Positions 38,252-46,820 of a stretch of 53,338 bases of DNA are shown piece after piece (within the stretch, counting starts at the first letter, position 1; each line of letters begins with the position of its first letter). Made by a program: the position numbers and the translations under genes. Source of the stretch: Hyphomicrobiales bacterium (GTDB taxonomy: Bacteria; Pseudomonadota; Alphaproteobacteria; Rhizobiales; OSC116); the NCBI GenBank assembly GCA_016744975.1, contig JADGDI010000006.1:1-53338 (forward strand), written 5' to 3'. The notes beneath the pieces are model-generated. The model worked only from the letters and a program-made list of their open reading frames with translations, was not told where the DNA came from and searched no databases.

Positions 38252-39994
38252 ATGTCTGAAAAAAGTAAAATTGATCACCCGTTTAATGAAGATCAACAAC
38301 AATGGTTGAGCGGTTTTTTTGCTGGTGCAAATACGCGCCTGTTGCAAGATGGCGGCCAAGAGCTTAGTAATCTACGCCCGTTAACTGTGCTGTTTGGAAC
38401 ACAAACAGGCAATAGCGAAACCATTGGCGAAGGCATTATATCGATGGCCGCTGACTATGGCTTAAGCGCAACTTTGGTCGATATGGACGATTTGGAAGTT
38501 GAAGATTTAGCTAAAATTGAACGCTTATTACTGATTTGTGCTACCTATGGCGAGGGCGAAATGCCTGATAATGCTGAAATATTATGGGAGGCGATCAGCG
38601 AAGATGATGCGCCAAGGCTTGAAGCTACAAATTTTTCAGTACTGGCATTAGGTGATAGCTCTTATGATGACTATTGTAAAGCAGGCATAGATTGGGATAG
38701 CCGCTTAGCTGAGCTTGGCGCTAAGCGCATTCATAACCGCGTTAATTGCAATGTAGATTTTGAAGATGATGCCGATAAATGGTGTGCTGCTGCCTTAGAT
38801 GCCATTAAAGACACGGGTTCTGCCCCAGAAGCAGGCGCGGCAATTACTGCAAAACCAACATTAAAAGCAGGAGCCAGTGACAAACCAAAATATGACCGTA
38901 AAAACCCATTCCCTGCTACCATGCTTGTTAATCGCCGCATATCTGGTGAAAATTCGAGCAAGCAAATCATGCATTATGAGCTTAGCTTAGCGGGTAGTGG
39001 CCTTCGCTATGAGGCAGGCGATGCGCTTAATATTATTGCCCAAAATGACCCAGAATTGGTGCAGTTAATTTTGGCACATTTAGGCCTAAGCGGTGATGAA
39101 ATGATCGATGGCTTAAAGCTTAAAACAGTTTTGCAAAATTTTTATGATATTAAATTGCCAACAGGCCCGTTCTTAGATGCTGCAGCTAAAAAATCAGGCG
39201 ATGAAGAATTAAATCGCTTGCTTGAAAATGCCGACAGAGAAGCCTTGAATGCCTATCTATGGGGTCGTGATGTGTCTGATTTTATCATCGATTTAAAACT
39301 AACCTTTGGCGCAGATGAATTTGTGCAATTGTTGCGCAAATTACAACCGCGGGCTTATTCCATCTCAAGTTCTGCCAAAGCCCATCAAGATGAGGTGCAT
39401 CTGACCATCAGTTCTGTGCGTTATAACAGTTTTGGCCGCAAACATGAAGGTTTGGCCTCTTGTTATTTGGCCGACCGTTTGGGGAAGAATGGTAAAGTCG
39501 GGGTATATTTTAGCCCCAATAAAGCATTCAGAGTGCCCAATGATGGTGATTTGCCGATCATTATGGTTGGCCCAGGTACTGGCGTTGCGCCATTTAGAGC
39601 CTTTTTAGAAGAGCGCGAAGCAACGGGCGCAACAGGCGATAACTGGCTAATTTTTGGCGATAGAAACGCCAAAGACGATTATATCTACCAAGATGAGATT
39701 GAGGAATGGCAAAAATCAGGACTTTTAAACAAGCTAGATTTGGCATTTTCGCGCGATCAGGCGGAGAAAATCTATGTTCAAACCCGCATGAAAGAAAATG
39801 GCGCAGAGCTGTTTAACTGGCTTGAACGCGGTGGTTATTTTTACGTTTGTGGTGACGCAACCTATATGGCCAAAGATGTTGACCAAACTTTGCAAGATAT
39901 TATTGCAGAACATGGAAAACTTGACCCAGCAGGGCTAAAAGATTATATGAATAGCCTAAAAAAATCCAAACGTTATGTGCGTGATGTTTATTAG
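38252..39994 (+). CDS. NADPH-dependent diflavin (FMN/FAD) reductase, sulfite reductase flavoprotein CysJ-like
   Basis: Flavodoxin motifs GTQTGNSE, TYGEGE and LGDSSY; FAD motif PRAYSISS; NADPH motifs GPGTGVAPF, AFSRDQ, KIYVQ and YVCGD; ends RDVY. Confidence 0.93.
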   Translation: MSEKSKIDHPFNEDQQQWLSGFFAGANTRLLQDGGQELSNLRPLTVLFGTQTGNSETIGEGIISMAADYGLSATLVDMDDLEVEDLAKIERLLLICATYGEGEMPDNAEILWEAISEDDAPRLEATNFSVLALGDSSYDDYCKAGIDWDSRLAELGAKRIHNRVNCNVDFEDDADKWCAAALDAIKDTGSAPEAGAAITAKPTLKAGASDKPKYDRKNPFPATMLVNRRISGENSSKQIMHYELSLAGSGLRYEAGDALNIIAQNDPELVQLILAHLGLSGDEMIDGLKLKTVLQNFYDIKLPTGPFLDAAAKKSGDEELNRLLENADREALNAYLWGRDVSDFIIDLKLTFGADEFVQLLRKLQPRAYSISSSAKAHQDEVHLTISSVRYNSFGRKHEGLASCYLADRLGKNGKVGVYFSPNKAFRVPNDGDLPIIMVGPGTGVAPFRAFLEEREATGATGDNWLIFGDRNAKDDYIYQDEIEEWQKSGLLNKLDLAFSRDQAEKIYVQTRMKENGAELFNWLERGGYFYVCGDATYMAKDVDQTLQDIIAEHGKLDPAGLKDYMNSLKKSKRYVRDVY

Positions 39995-40382
39995 TTAGTG
40001 CGCTGGGCTAGTCACCAAGCCAAATAACAAAATATCAATATTTTCTGACAGCCAAAAATTTCGGTATTTGAGGTTGCCAATAATATTTTCTTCGACATTT
40101 TTGTCTAAAAGCGATGCATGCAAAATCTGATTGCCCAATCGATCAAGCAAAAAACCCGGTATCATTACAATATTTAACGTTGGGCGCAAATGCCCTGCTT
40201 GCTTGCAGATAGCGAGGCGGCGATGGGGGATATGTTTTCTGGTTCTGAAATCACCTCCATGAAAGACGTCGTAAACGCGTATTGCCATTGTGTTATGGGG
40301 CAATTGAATGAGAAAATTTTAAGGCTTTACCGATCAATCTAATAGTTAGGCGGAAGTAATTATATGGTTTCCGCCCAATATG

Positions 40383-40913
40383 CTAAAGAATATCAAATTC
40401 TTGATAAATAATTCCATTATCGTGAATTTTAGTATCCGTTAAATTGGCGGAAATTCTTGTGCCATTGCCACCAAATAATTGAACACCATAACCTAATAAA
40501 ATGGGCGCACGCTTTAACCGTAATTTATCAATAGCATTGTTCGCAAGTAACCAACCTGCCAATTCGCCACCACCACACAAATAAATTGGGGCAGAACAGT
40601 TTGCCTTGAGCTTGTCGATTTCGGTTAAGATGTTGCTCGATATTTGTTTAACATCGGAATTTGAAGGCAGTTTGACAGAACTAGAAACAACTAAAGATTG
40701 CATACTAGGATATGGGTTTTGACCTGCTTCTAAACCATATTGATAGCCAAACTCATAGGTATTTCGACCCATGATGCAATGCGAATAAATTGATAGGCGT
40801 GCTATATAATCATCGACAATACTGCCTTGATGTGGGAATAGCGAAATATCGCCCTTAATGCCAGAAATAAAGCCATCTGCTGAGACCGCGACATCGTAAA
40901 TAAGAGGTTGCAT
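40383..40913 (-). CDS. Dihydrofolate reductase-like (RibD C-terminal domain) protein
   Basis: AVSADGFI, IMGRNTYE, IYLCGGGELA and PILLGYGVQLF. Confidence 0.9.
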   Translation of the reverse strand: MQPLIYDVAVSADGFISGIKGDISLFPHQGSIVDDYIARLSIYSHCIMGRNTYEFGYQYGLEAGQNPYPSMQSLVVSSSVKLPSNSDVKQISSNILTEIDKLKANCSAPIYLCGGGELAGWLLANNAIDKLRLKRAPILLGYGVQLFGGNGTRISANLTDTKIHDNGIIYQEFDIL

Positions 40914-40988
40914 AAATGCTCCTGATAATAATTGAATTTATTGTTTAATATTTTCAATTATTTGTTCATTATCAGGATCCTCCTATTT

Positions 40989-41022
40989 TTGACTATTTTA
41001 ACTTGCATGTTAAGATTGTCAA
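40989..41022. promoter_or_regulatory. 34-bp palindromic promoter/operator
   Basis: TTGACTATTTTAACTTGCATGTTAAGATTGTCAA pairs at 14 of 17 positions. The minus strand reads TTGACA-N16-TAAAAT towards the DHFR-like gene. Confidence 0.75.
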
Positions 41023-41025
41023 GAT

Positions 41026-42468
41026 TTAGATATGGATGGCGTGACCAAGTGCGGCCATGGCGCTTTCCATAAAAGCTTCATTCATGGTAGGGTGCACATG
41101 AACGGTGTCTGCAATATCCTCTAACCGTGTACCCATTTCGAGCGCCAACGCAAATTCCCCGCTCATTTCACTAATATGCGGCCCAACGGCTTGAATGCCA
41201 ATAATCACATGATTATCCGCCCGCGCAACCACCCTGATAAAGCCGCCCTCTTTGCCAATTTGTTGCGACAATGCGCGGCCATTGGCTGCTAGCGGAAATT
41301 TACCAATTTTAACCTCAATATTTTGTGTTTTGGCATCATTAGGCGACAGGCCAACGCTGATAATCTCAGGCTCAGTAAAGCAAATTGCCGCAATCGCAGC
41401 TGGTTCAAATTTTCGTTTTTGACCTGCAATAATCTCGGCCACCATTTCGCCTTGTGCCGAAGCCTTATGCGCTAACATAGGCTCACCAACAATATCGCCA
41501 ATTGCCCAGACATTGCGCATGCTGGTATGGCATCGCGCATCGACTTTAATGAAGCGGTTATCATCAAGCAGATCAACACCCATTTTATCCAGCCCCCAGC
41601 CATTCAAATTGGCTTGCCTGCCGACCGTTACTAGAATTTTATCCGCATCAATGATTTCAACCTTGCCATCTTTGGTTTCAAATTCAAACTCACCATGCTT
41701 GTTTAACCCCTTTGCCTTGGCATTTAAATGCAGCGCAACATCATGGGATTTTAACCAATTGGCAACGGGGCGGGTTAGCGCTTTATCAAAGCTTGGTAAT
41801 ATTTGCTTGCCCGCTTCAATGAACGTTACCTCACTGCCAAATTTTGCAAAGGCAATGCCCAATTCTAGGCCAATATAGCCCGCGCCAACCACTATTAATT
41901 TGTTTGGCAACTGTTTAAGGTCAAGCGCTTCGGTAGAGCCGATGACTTTGCCGCCAAACGGTAAAAATGGCAGCTCTGTGACTTTTGAACCGGTTGCTAA
42001 TATCACATGTTCAGCAGTGATTTTAAATTCTTCAGCCTCACCATTGGCGTTAGAAGTTTTAACCACGCATGTTTTGCCGTTTCGAAATGTTGCCCAACCA
42101 TGCACTATTTGCACATTGGCTTTTTTAAGCAGCATCTTAACACCGCCGCTTAATTGTTTAACAATGCCGTCTTTCCATGCGGATGTTTGGCTTAAATCTA
42201 AACTTGGTTGATGGCTTAAACGAATACCCAACTCACCGTCAACATTTGTGGCAATTTGCTTAATCTCATCAAATTTACTGGCGGCGTGGATGAGTGCCTT
42301 GGAGGGGATGCACCCGCGGATTAAGCATGTACCGCCAAGTTTTTGGTCTTCTACCAAAATAACATCGAGGCCTAGCTGACCTGCTCTTATGGCCGCCACA
42401 TAACCACCAGGGCCACCACCAACCACTAAAACTTGGCAATTTTTACGGCTTAAATTGACATGTGTCAT
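41026..42468 (-). CDS. lpdV: Dihydrolipoamide dehydrogenase (E3) of the branched-chain 2-oxoacid dehydrogenase
   Basis: GGGPGGY, redox disulfide GGTCLIRGCIPSK, GAGYIG and HPTMNE; last gene of the bkd operon. Confidence 0.93.
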   Translation of the reverse strand: MTHVNLSRKNCQVLVVGGGPGGYVAAIRAGQLGLDVILVEDQKLGGTCLIRGCIPSKALIHAASKFDEIKQIATNVDGELGIRLSHQPSLDLSQTSAWKDGIVKQLSGGVKMLLKKANVQIVHGWATFRNGKTCVVKTSNANGEAEEFKITAEHVILATGSKVTELPFLPFGGKVIGSTEALDLKQLPNKLIVVGAGYIGLELGIAFAKFGSEVTFIEAGKQILPSFDKALTRPVANWLKSHDVALHLNAKAKGLNKHGEFEFETKDGKVEIIDADKILVTVGRQANLNGWGLDKMGVDLLDDNRFIKVDARCHTSMRNVWAIGDIVGEPMLAHKASAQGEMVAEIIAGQKRKFEPAAIAAICFTEPEIISVGLSPNDAKTQNIEVKIGKFPLAANGRALSQQIGKEGGFIRVVARADNHVIIGIQAVGPHISEMSGEFALALEMGTRLEDIADTVHVHPTMNEAFMESAMAALGHAIHI

Positions 42469-43814
42469 GCGCCATCTCCCATAAATAATGTTGCAGGTAC
42501 TTCAAGTAAGCTTTTAATATATTGAATCATTAATGCCCCATCATAACCATCAACAATCCTATGATCAAACGAGCCAGAAATATTCATCATTTTACGAATG
42601 ACAATTTCACCATTGATGACCATCGGTCGTTCTACCAACTTGTTATTGCCAATGATGCACACTTCAGGGGCATTGATGATCGGCGTGGTAACAATGCCGC
42701 CAATTTTTCCCAAACTGGTTACTGTAATGGTTGATCCAGTAAGTTCATCACGCGCTGCGCTGCCGCTTCTGGCTTTTTTAGCGAGCTCTTGTACTTTGCT
42801 TGCATATTGCCAAATATCTAAACTTTCAGCATGTTTGATCACAGGAACCATCAGCCCATTTGGGGTATTGGCCGCCATGCCGACATGCACCGCATCAAAT
42901 TGGGTAATCATGCCTGTTTCACTATTATAATGAGCATTGCATTGGGGGTATTTAGCAGCTGCTTTAACAATTGCCTTCATTAAAAACGGCAGTAAAGTGA
43001 GCTTTGGCTGATCAAGCCCATCTCCTGAACAAGCGCGGCGCTCGGAATTTAACTGCCCACGCAATTTTTCCAAATCGGTTAGATCGACTTCCTCAACATA
43101 GGTATAATGCGGAATATTGCGTTTTGAAAATGCCATAGCTTCGGCGATTTTGCGCCGGATACCGCGCAGAGGAATTTCTTTTACCCCTATTTTCTTCAGC
43201 CCAGATTTTGAAGGCTTTGCGACTCTAGTTGCACCATCGGTTTTAGAGCGGCGATCGACATTCGAGATATACGCCCCGCCAGATGCGATAAACCCATTCA
43301 AATCATCATGGGTTAAACGCCCAGCTGGCCCAGAGCCAACAATTAAACCCAGTTCAATATTCAATTCTTGCGCGCGGCGACGCAAGGAAGGTGATGCCAA
43401 AATATCGGTATTTATAGGCGGCTCATCGGTATTTATAGACGGCTCAATTGTAGTTCTTGCAGGAGCAGAAGACGCTTGCATGGGTGTGACAGCTTCTACG
43501 GTTTTGGTTTTTGGACTGGGTTGAGTGTTGGTTTTTTGGTTAGGTTTAATGTCTGAAGGTTGCGCAACTCCGCCCTCAACGTCAAAAGCAATTAAAACAC
43601 TGCCAACATTGACAATATCACCCACATTACCTGCAATTGAGGTGACAATACCATCGACAGGTGAAGGCAGTTCAACGGTGGCTTTATCGGTCATCATGGC
43701 GATAAGAATGTCATCTTCTTCGATTTTTTGGCCAAGCTTCACATGCAGTTCTACAATCTCTGACGTCACAACCCCTTCACCAAGGTCGGGTAATTTAAAT
43801 TCATATAGTGCCAT
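42465..43814 (-). CDS. bkdB: Branched-chain 2-oxoacid dehydrogenase E2
   Basis: Lipoyl domain MTDKAT, E3-binding ASPSLRRRA and catalytic FDHRIVDG; ATG 43814 with GGAGG RBS. Confidence 0.93.
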   Translation of the reverse strand: MALYEFKLPDLGEGVVTSEIVELHVKLGQKIEEDDILIAMMTDKATVELPSPVDGIVTSIAGNVGDIVNVGSVLIAFDVEGGVAQPSDIKPNQKTNTQPSPKTKTVEAVTPMQASSAPARTTIEPSINTDEPPINTDILASPSLRRRAQELNIELGLIVGSGPAGRLTHDDLNGFIASGGAYISNVDRRSKTDGATRVAKPSKSGLKKIGVKEIPLRGIRRKIAEAMAFSKRNIPHYTYVEEVDLTDLEKLRGQLNSERRACSGDGLDQPKLTLLPFLMKAIVKAAAKYPQCNAHYNSETGMITQFDAVHVGMAANTPNGLMVPVIKHAESLDIWQYASKVQELAKKARSGSAARDELTGSTITVTSLGKIGGIVTTPIINAPEVCIIGNNKLVERPMVINGEIVIRKMMNISGSFDHRIVDGYDGALMIQYIKSLLEVPATLFMGDGA

Positions 43815-43816
43815 TT

Positions 43817-44830
43817 TCAAGCCTCCATAATGCGGTTAATGGCATCAACAACACGGTGTGGCCCAGGGAAATATTCCCATTCAAACGCGTGCGGGTAAGG
43901 TATATCCCAGCCCGTTACGCGCTCAATTGGGGCGCGTAATTTCCAAAAACAATTTTCTTGAATAATCGATAATATTTCGGCTCCGAAACCACCTGTCTTT
44001 GTTGCTTCATGCGCAATGAGGCAGCGGCCTGTTTTGTTAACGCTGTTGATAATGGTATCATAATCAATCGGTGATAAGGTTCTAAGGTCTATAATCTCCG
44101 CATCAACTCCAGTTTGTTTAACCGCCGTTTCAACCACGTGTACCATGGTGCCATAGGTGATAATGGTCATCGCATCGCCGCTGCGGCAAATATCAGCCTG
44201 ACCCAGTGGAATGCTATAATAACCTTCAGGCACTTCGCCTTTATCATGGCTATCCCAACCAACAGAGGGTGTGTCAGGGTTACCGTAAAACGGCCCATTA
44301 TAAAGCCTTTTGGGTTCGAAAAACAATACAGGGTCATTGCTTTCAATTGCGCTGATTAACAAGCCCTTGGCATCATATGGGGTCGATGGCATGACCACTT
44401 TTATGCCAGAAACATGGGTAAAAATCCCTTCGGGGCTTTGGCTGTGAGTTTGTCCGCCGCGAATGCCGCCCCCGCAAGGTGTGCGAACGGTAATATTGGT
44501 TGAAAATTCACCCCCGCTTCGGTAGCGCAAGCGCGACGCTTCGGATACAATTTGGTCAAAGGCTGGGTAAATATAATCGGCAAATTGAATTTCAGCCACA
44601 GGCCGGATGCCGTTAACGCTCATGCCAATCGCGGTGGCAATAATGCCATTTTCTGAAATTGGCGTATCAAATACCCGCTCGGTTCCAAATTGTGATTGCA
44701 GGCCGTCAGTCGCGCGGAACACCCCGCCAAAATAACCAACATCCTCACCGAAAATCATCACTGCATCATCACGTTCTAACATGATTTTTTGCGCCGATAA
44801 AATTGCTTCTAACATATTCATTTGTGCCAT
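43817..44830 (-). CDS. bkdA2: Branched-chain 2-oxoacid dehydrogenase E1 beta
   Basis: GEDVGYFGGVFRAT, EIQFADY, GGQTHSQS and FFEPKRLY. Confidence 0.95.
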   Translation of the reverse strand: MAQMNMLEAILSAQKIMLERDDAVMIFGEDVGYFGGVFRATDGLQSQFGTERVFDTPISENGIIATAIGMSVNGIRPVAEIQFADYIYPAFDQIVSEASRLRYRSGGEFSTNITVRTPCGGGIRGGQTHSQSPEGIFTHVSGIKVVMPSTPYDAKGLLISAIESNDPVLFFEPKRLYNGPFYGNPDTPSVGWDSHDKGEVPEGYYSIPLGQADICRSGDAMTIITYGTMVHVVETAVKQTGVDAEIIDLRTLSPIDYDTIINSVNKTGRCLIAHEATKTGGFGAEILSIIQENCFWKLRAPIERVTGWDIPYPHAFEWEYFPGPHRVVDAINRIMEA

Positions 44831-44832
44831 TT

Positions 44833-46098
44833 TTATAACCCCAATTCTTGACGCTGGCGAACAAGGTTTGGCGTCATTTCTTCAAACACATCTTCAAACA
44901 TCGTGGTCACATCGGGGCGGCCACCACCTTTTAATGTGCCATAGCTTTCAGCCTCTTTATACTGGCTTTTTATCATGGCCGTATAATCTTCAATCAGTGC
45001 CTTATGTAGCACCTCACTCCATGCGCCAGTTTTTATTAAATGTGCCTTTAGCCGCTCAATTGGGTCGCCCAATGGCCATGTTTTTTCTTCATCGGCTGGG
45101 CGGTATGCAGAGGGATCATCAGAAGTTGAATGCGGCGCAACCCGATAGGTGAAAAATTCAATCAACGTTGCCCCATAACCTGATCGAGCGCGGTCAGCAG
45201 CCCATTTAGAGGCTGCATAAACTGCCAAAAAATCATTGCCATCTACCCGCAGGCTTGGCAAACCAAAACCGATGCCGCGCGCGGCAAATGTGGTGCGCTC
45301 CCCCCCAGCAATACGTTGACTGCTAGAGATTGCCCATTGGTTGTTGACAATGTTTAAAATAACGGGCGGATTATAGGTAGCGGCAAAATTTAGCGCACTA
45401 TGAAAATCCAGTTCAGCGGTGCTGCCATCGCCAACAAAACTGGTTGCAAGGCGATTGCCGCGTTTACGCGCCTCGGCCATTGCCCAGCCCACTGCTTGGC
45501 TAAATTGAGTGGCTAAATTACCTGAAATTGAAAAAAAGTTTAAATTCTTAAAACTATACATAATTGGTAATTGGCGGCCTTTGCAATTGTCTTTAACGTT
45601 AGACAAACACTGGCACATCAAATCAATTAACCGCTGACCGCGCGAGATTAAAATACCTTGATTTCGGTAAGATGGAAATACCATATCTTCATCATCAATT
45701 GCCAAGCTATGTGCCACGCTAATGGCTTCTTCGCCAGTGCATTTCATATAGAATGAAATTTTACCAACTCTGTGCATCAGCTGCATTCGCTCGTCAAACA
45801 TGCGCGTTAGCAGCATGTCTTTTAAACCCTTAATTAGAATGTCATCTTCTATGTTGATGTGCCATTCGCCCCCCGCATTGGCATCTTCATCCAACACACG
45901 AATTAAGCCATAGGCAAGGTCGGTAATATCATTCGGTTTAGCGGTAAAAGGCGGCATTTTGCTAGCACTAACAGGCGGAATATAAACATGGCTGAAATCA
46001 TTAACCTCGCCAGGTCGATAAGGCGGTTCAGGAACATATAAGCCTTGATGTTGGCCAATATCGCCAATATGTGTGTCATTAATTGTCTTATTATGCAT
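44833..46098 (-). CDS. bkdA1: Branched-chain 2-oxoacid dehydrogenase E1 alpha
   Basis: VPEPPYRPG N-terminus, KGRQLPIMYS, TPP motif GDGST...NNQWAIS and HSTSDDPSAYR; ATG 46098 with GAGGG RBS. Confidence 0.95.
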   Translation of the reverse strand: MHNKTINDTHIGDIGQHQGLYVPEPPYRPGEVNDFSHVYIPPVSASKMPPFTAKPNDITDLAYGLIRVLDEDANAGGEWHINIEDDILIKGLKDMLLTRMFDERMQLMHRVGKISFYMKCTGEEAISVAHSLAIDDEDMVFPSYRNQGILISRGQRLIDLMCQCLSNVKDNCKGRQLPIMYSFKNLNFFSISGNLATQFSQAVGWAMAEARKRGNRLATSFVGDGSTAELDFHSALNFAATYNPPVILNIVNNQWAISSSQRIAGGERTTFAARGIGFGLPSLRVDGNDFLAVYAASKWAADRARSGYGATLIEFFTYRVAPHSTSDDPSAYRPADEEKTWPLGDPIERLKAHLIKTGAWSEVLHKALIEDYTAMIKSQYKEAESYGTLKGGGRPDVTTMFEDVFEEMTPNLVRQRQELGL

Positions 46099-46226
46099 GT
46101 TGCCCTCATTCAAACCTTAATAATAAGACATAATAGCTTACCTAAAAGAAACAGCTTCCCTAATTGACTTGTCGTTGATATTATATTGGAACAGAATCAC
46201 GAAAATATAATAAAAAAGAGAATGAT

Positions 46227-46709
46227 GTGCCGAGTATAACTGAACTGGATAGAAATATCCTTAAAATATTACAAAATGATGCAACAATATCAATTGCAGA
46301 TATTGCGGAAACTATTGGCTCATCCAAGTCTGTTTGCTGGCGGCGCATTCAAAGAATGACTGAAAAAGGCATCATCAAGCAAAAAGTAACCTTGCTAGAT
46401 GCCGAAAATCTTGGTTTGCGCGTGGTGGTGTTTGCCAATGTGAAACTAACCAGCCACGGCCGAAAAAACCTTTCGGATTTTATGACCAAAATTAAATTAT
46501 ACCCCGAAGTGGTGGAATGTTATACGATGATGGGCGGTATTGATTTTCTGCTTAAAATAGTGGTGCGTAACGTTAAAGAATTTGAAGATTTTTACTGGCA
46601 TCAATTGTCCCAAATAGAAGGGGTGCAGGAAACTAGTTCCCACATTGCCATGACTGAAGTTAAACTAACCACACAGTTACCTCTTAGCAATTGTGACACG
46701 GTAGATTAA
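46227..46709 (+). CDS. bkdR: Lrp/AsnC-family regulator, BkdR-like
   Basis: LDRNILKILQ HTH, CWRRI and AsnC domain PEVVECY; divergent from bkdA1. Confidence 0.8.
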   Translation: MPSITELDRNILKILQNDATISIADIAETIGSSKSVCWRRIQRMTEKGIIKQKVTLLDAENLGLRVVVFANVKLTSHGRKNLSDFMTKIKLYPEVVECYTMMGGIDFLLKIVVRNVKEFEDFYWHQLSQIEGVQETSSHIAMTEVKLTTQLPLSNCDTVD

Positions 46710-46820
46710 GCAATTTACTGTGAGATTGATCAAAGTTATTGAAGCATATATCAAGCAATTTCACTGGACAATTTGGTAAAATAGATGCATTTTGCAGCCT
46801 TTCATTGTCAATGAGGTTAT

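Noticed and set aside
38252-39994. Calling this gene cysJ of a sulfate assimilation operon
   Set aside because: No cysI, cysH, cysD/N or cysG in the window, and the context links it to the GltB homologue.
39995-40303. 102-aa minus-strand ORF as a real CDS
   Set aside because: TTG start, no RBS and no recognisable domain; more likely a remnant or chance ORF.
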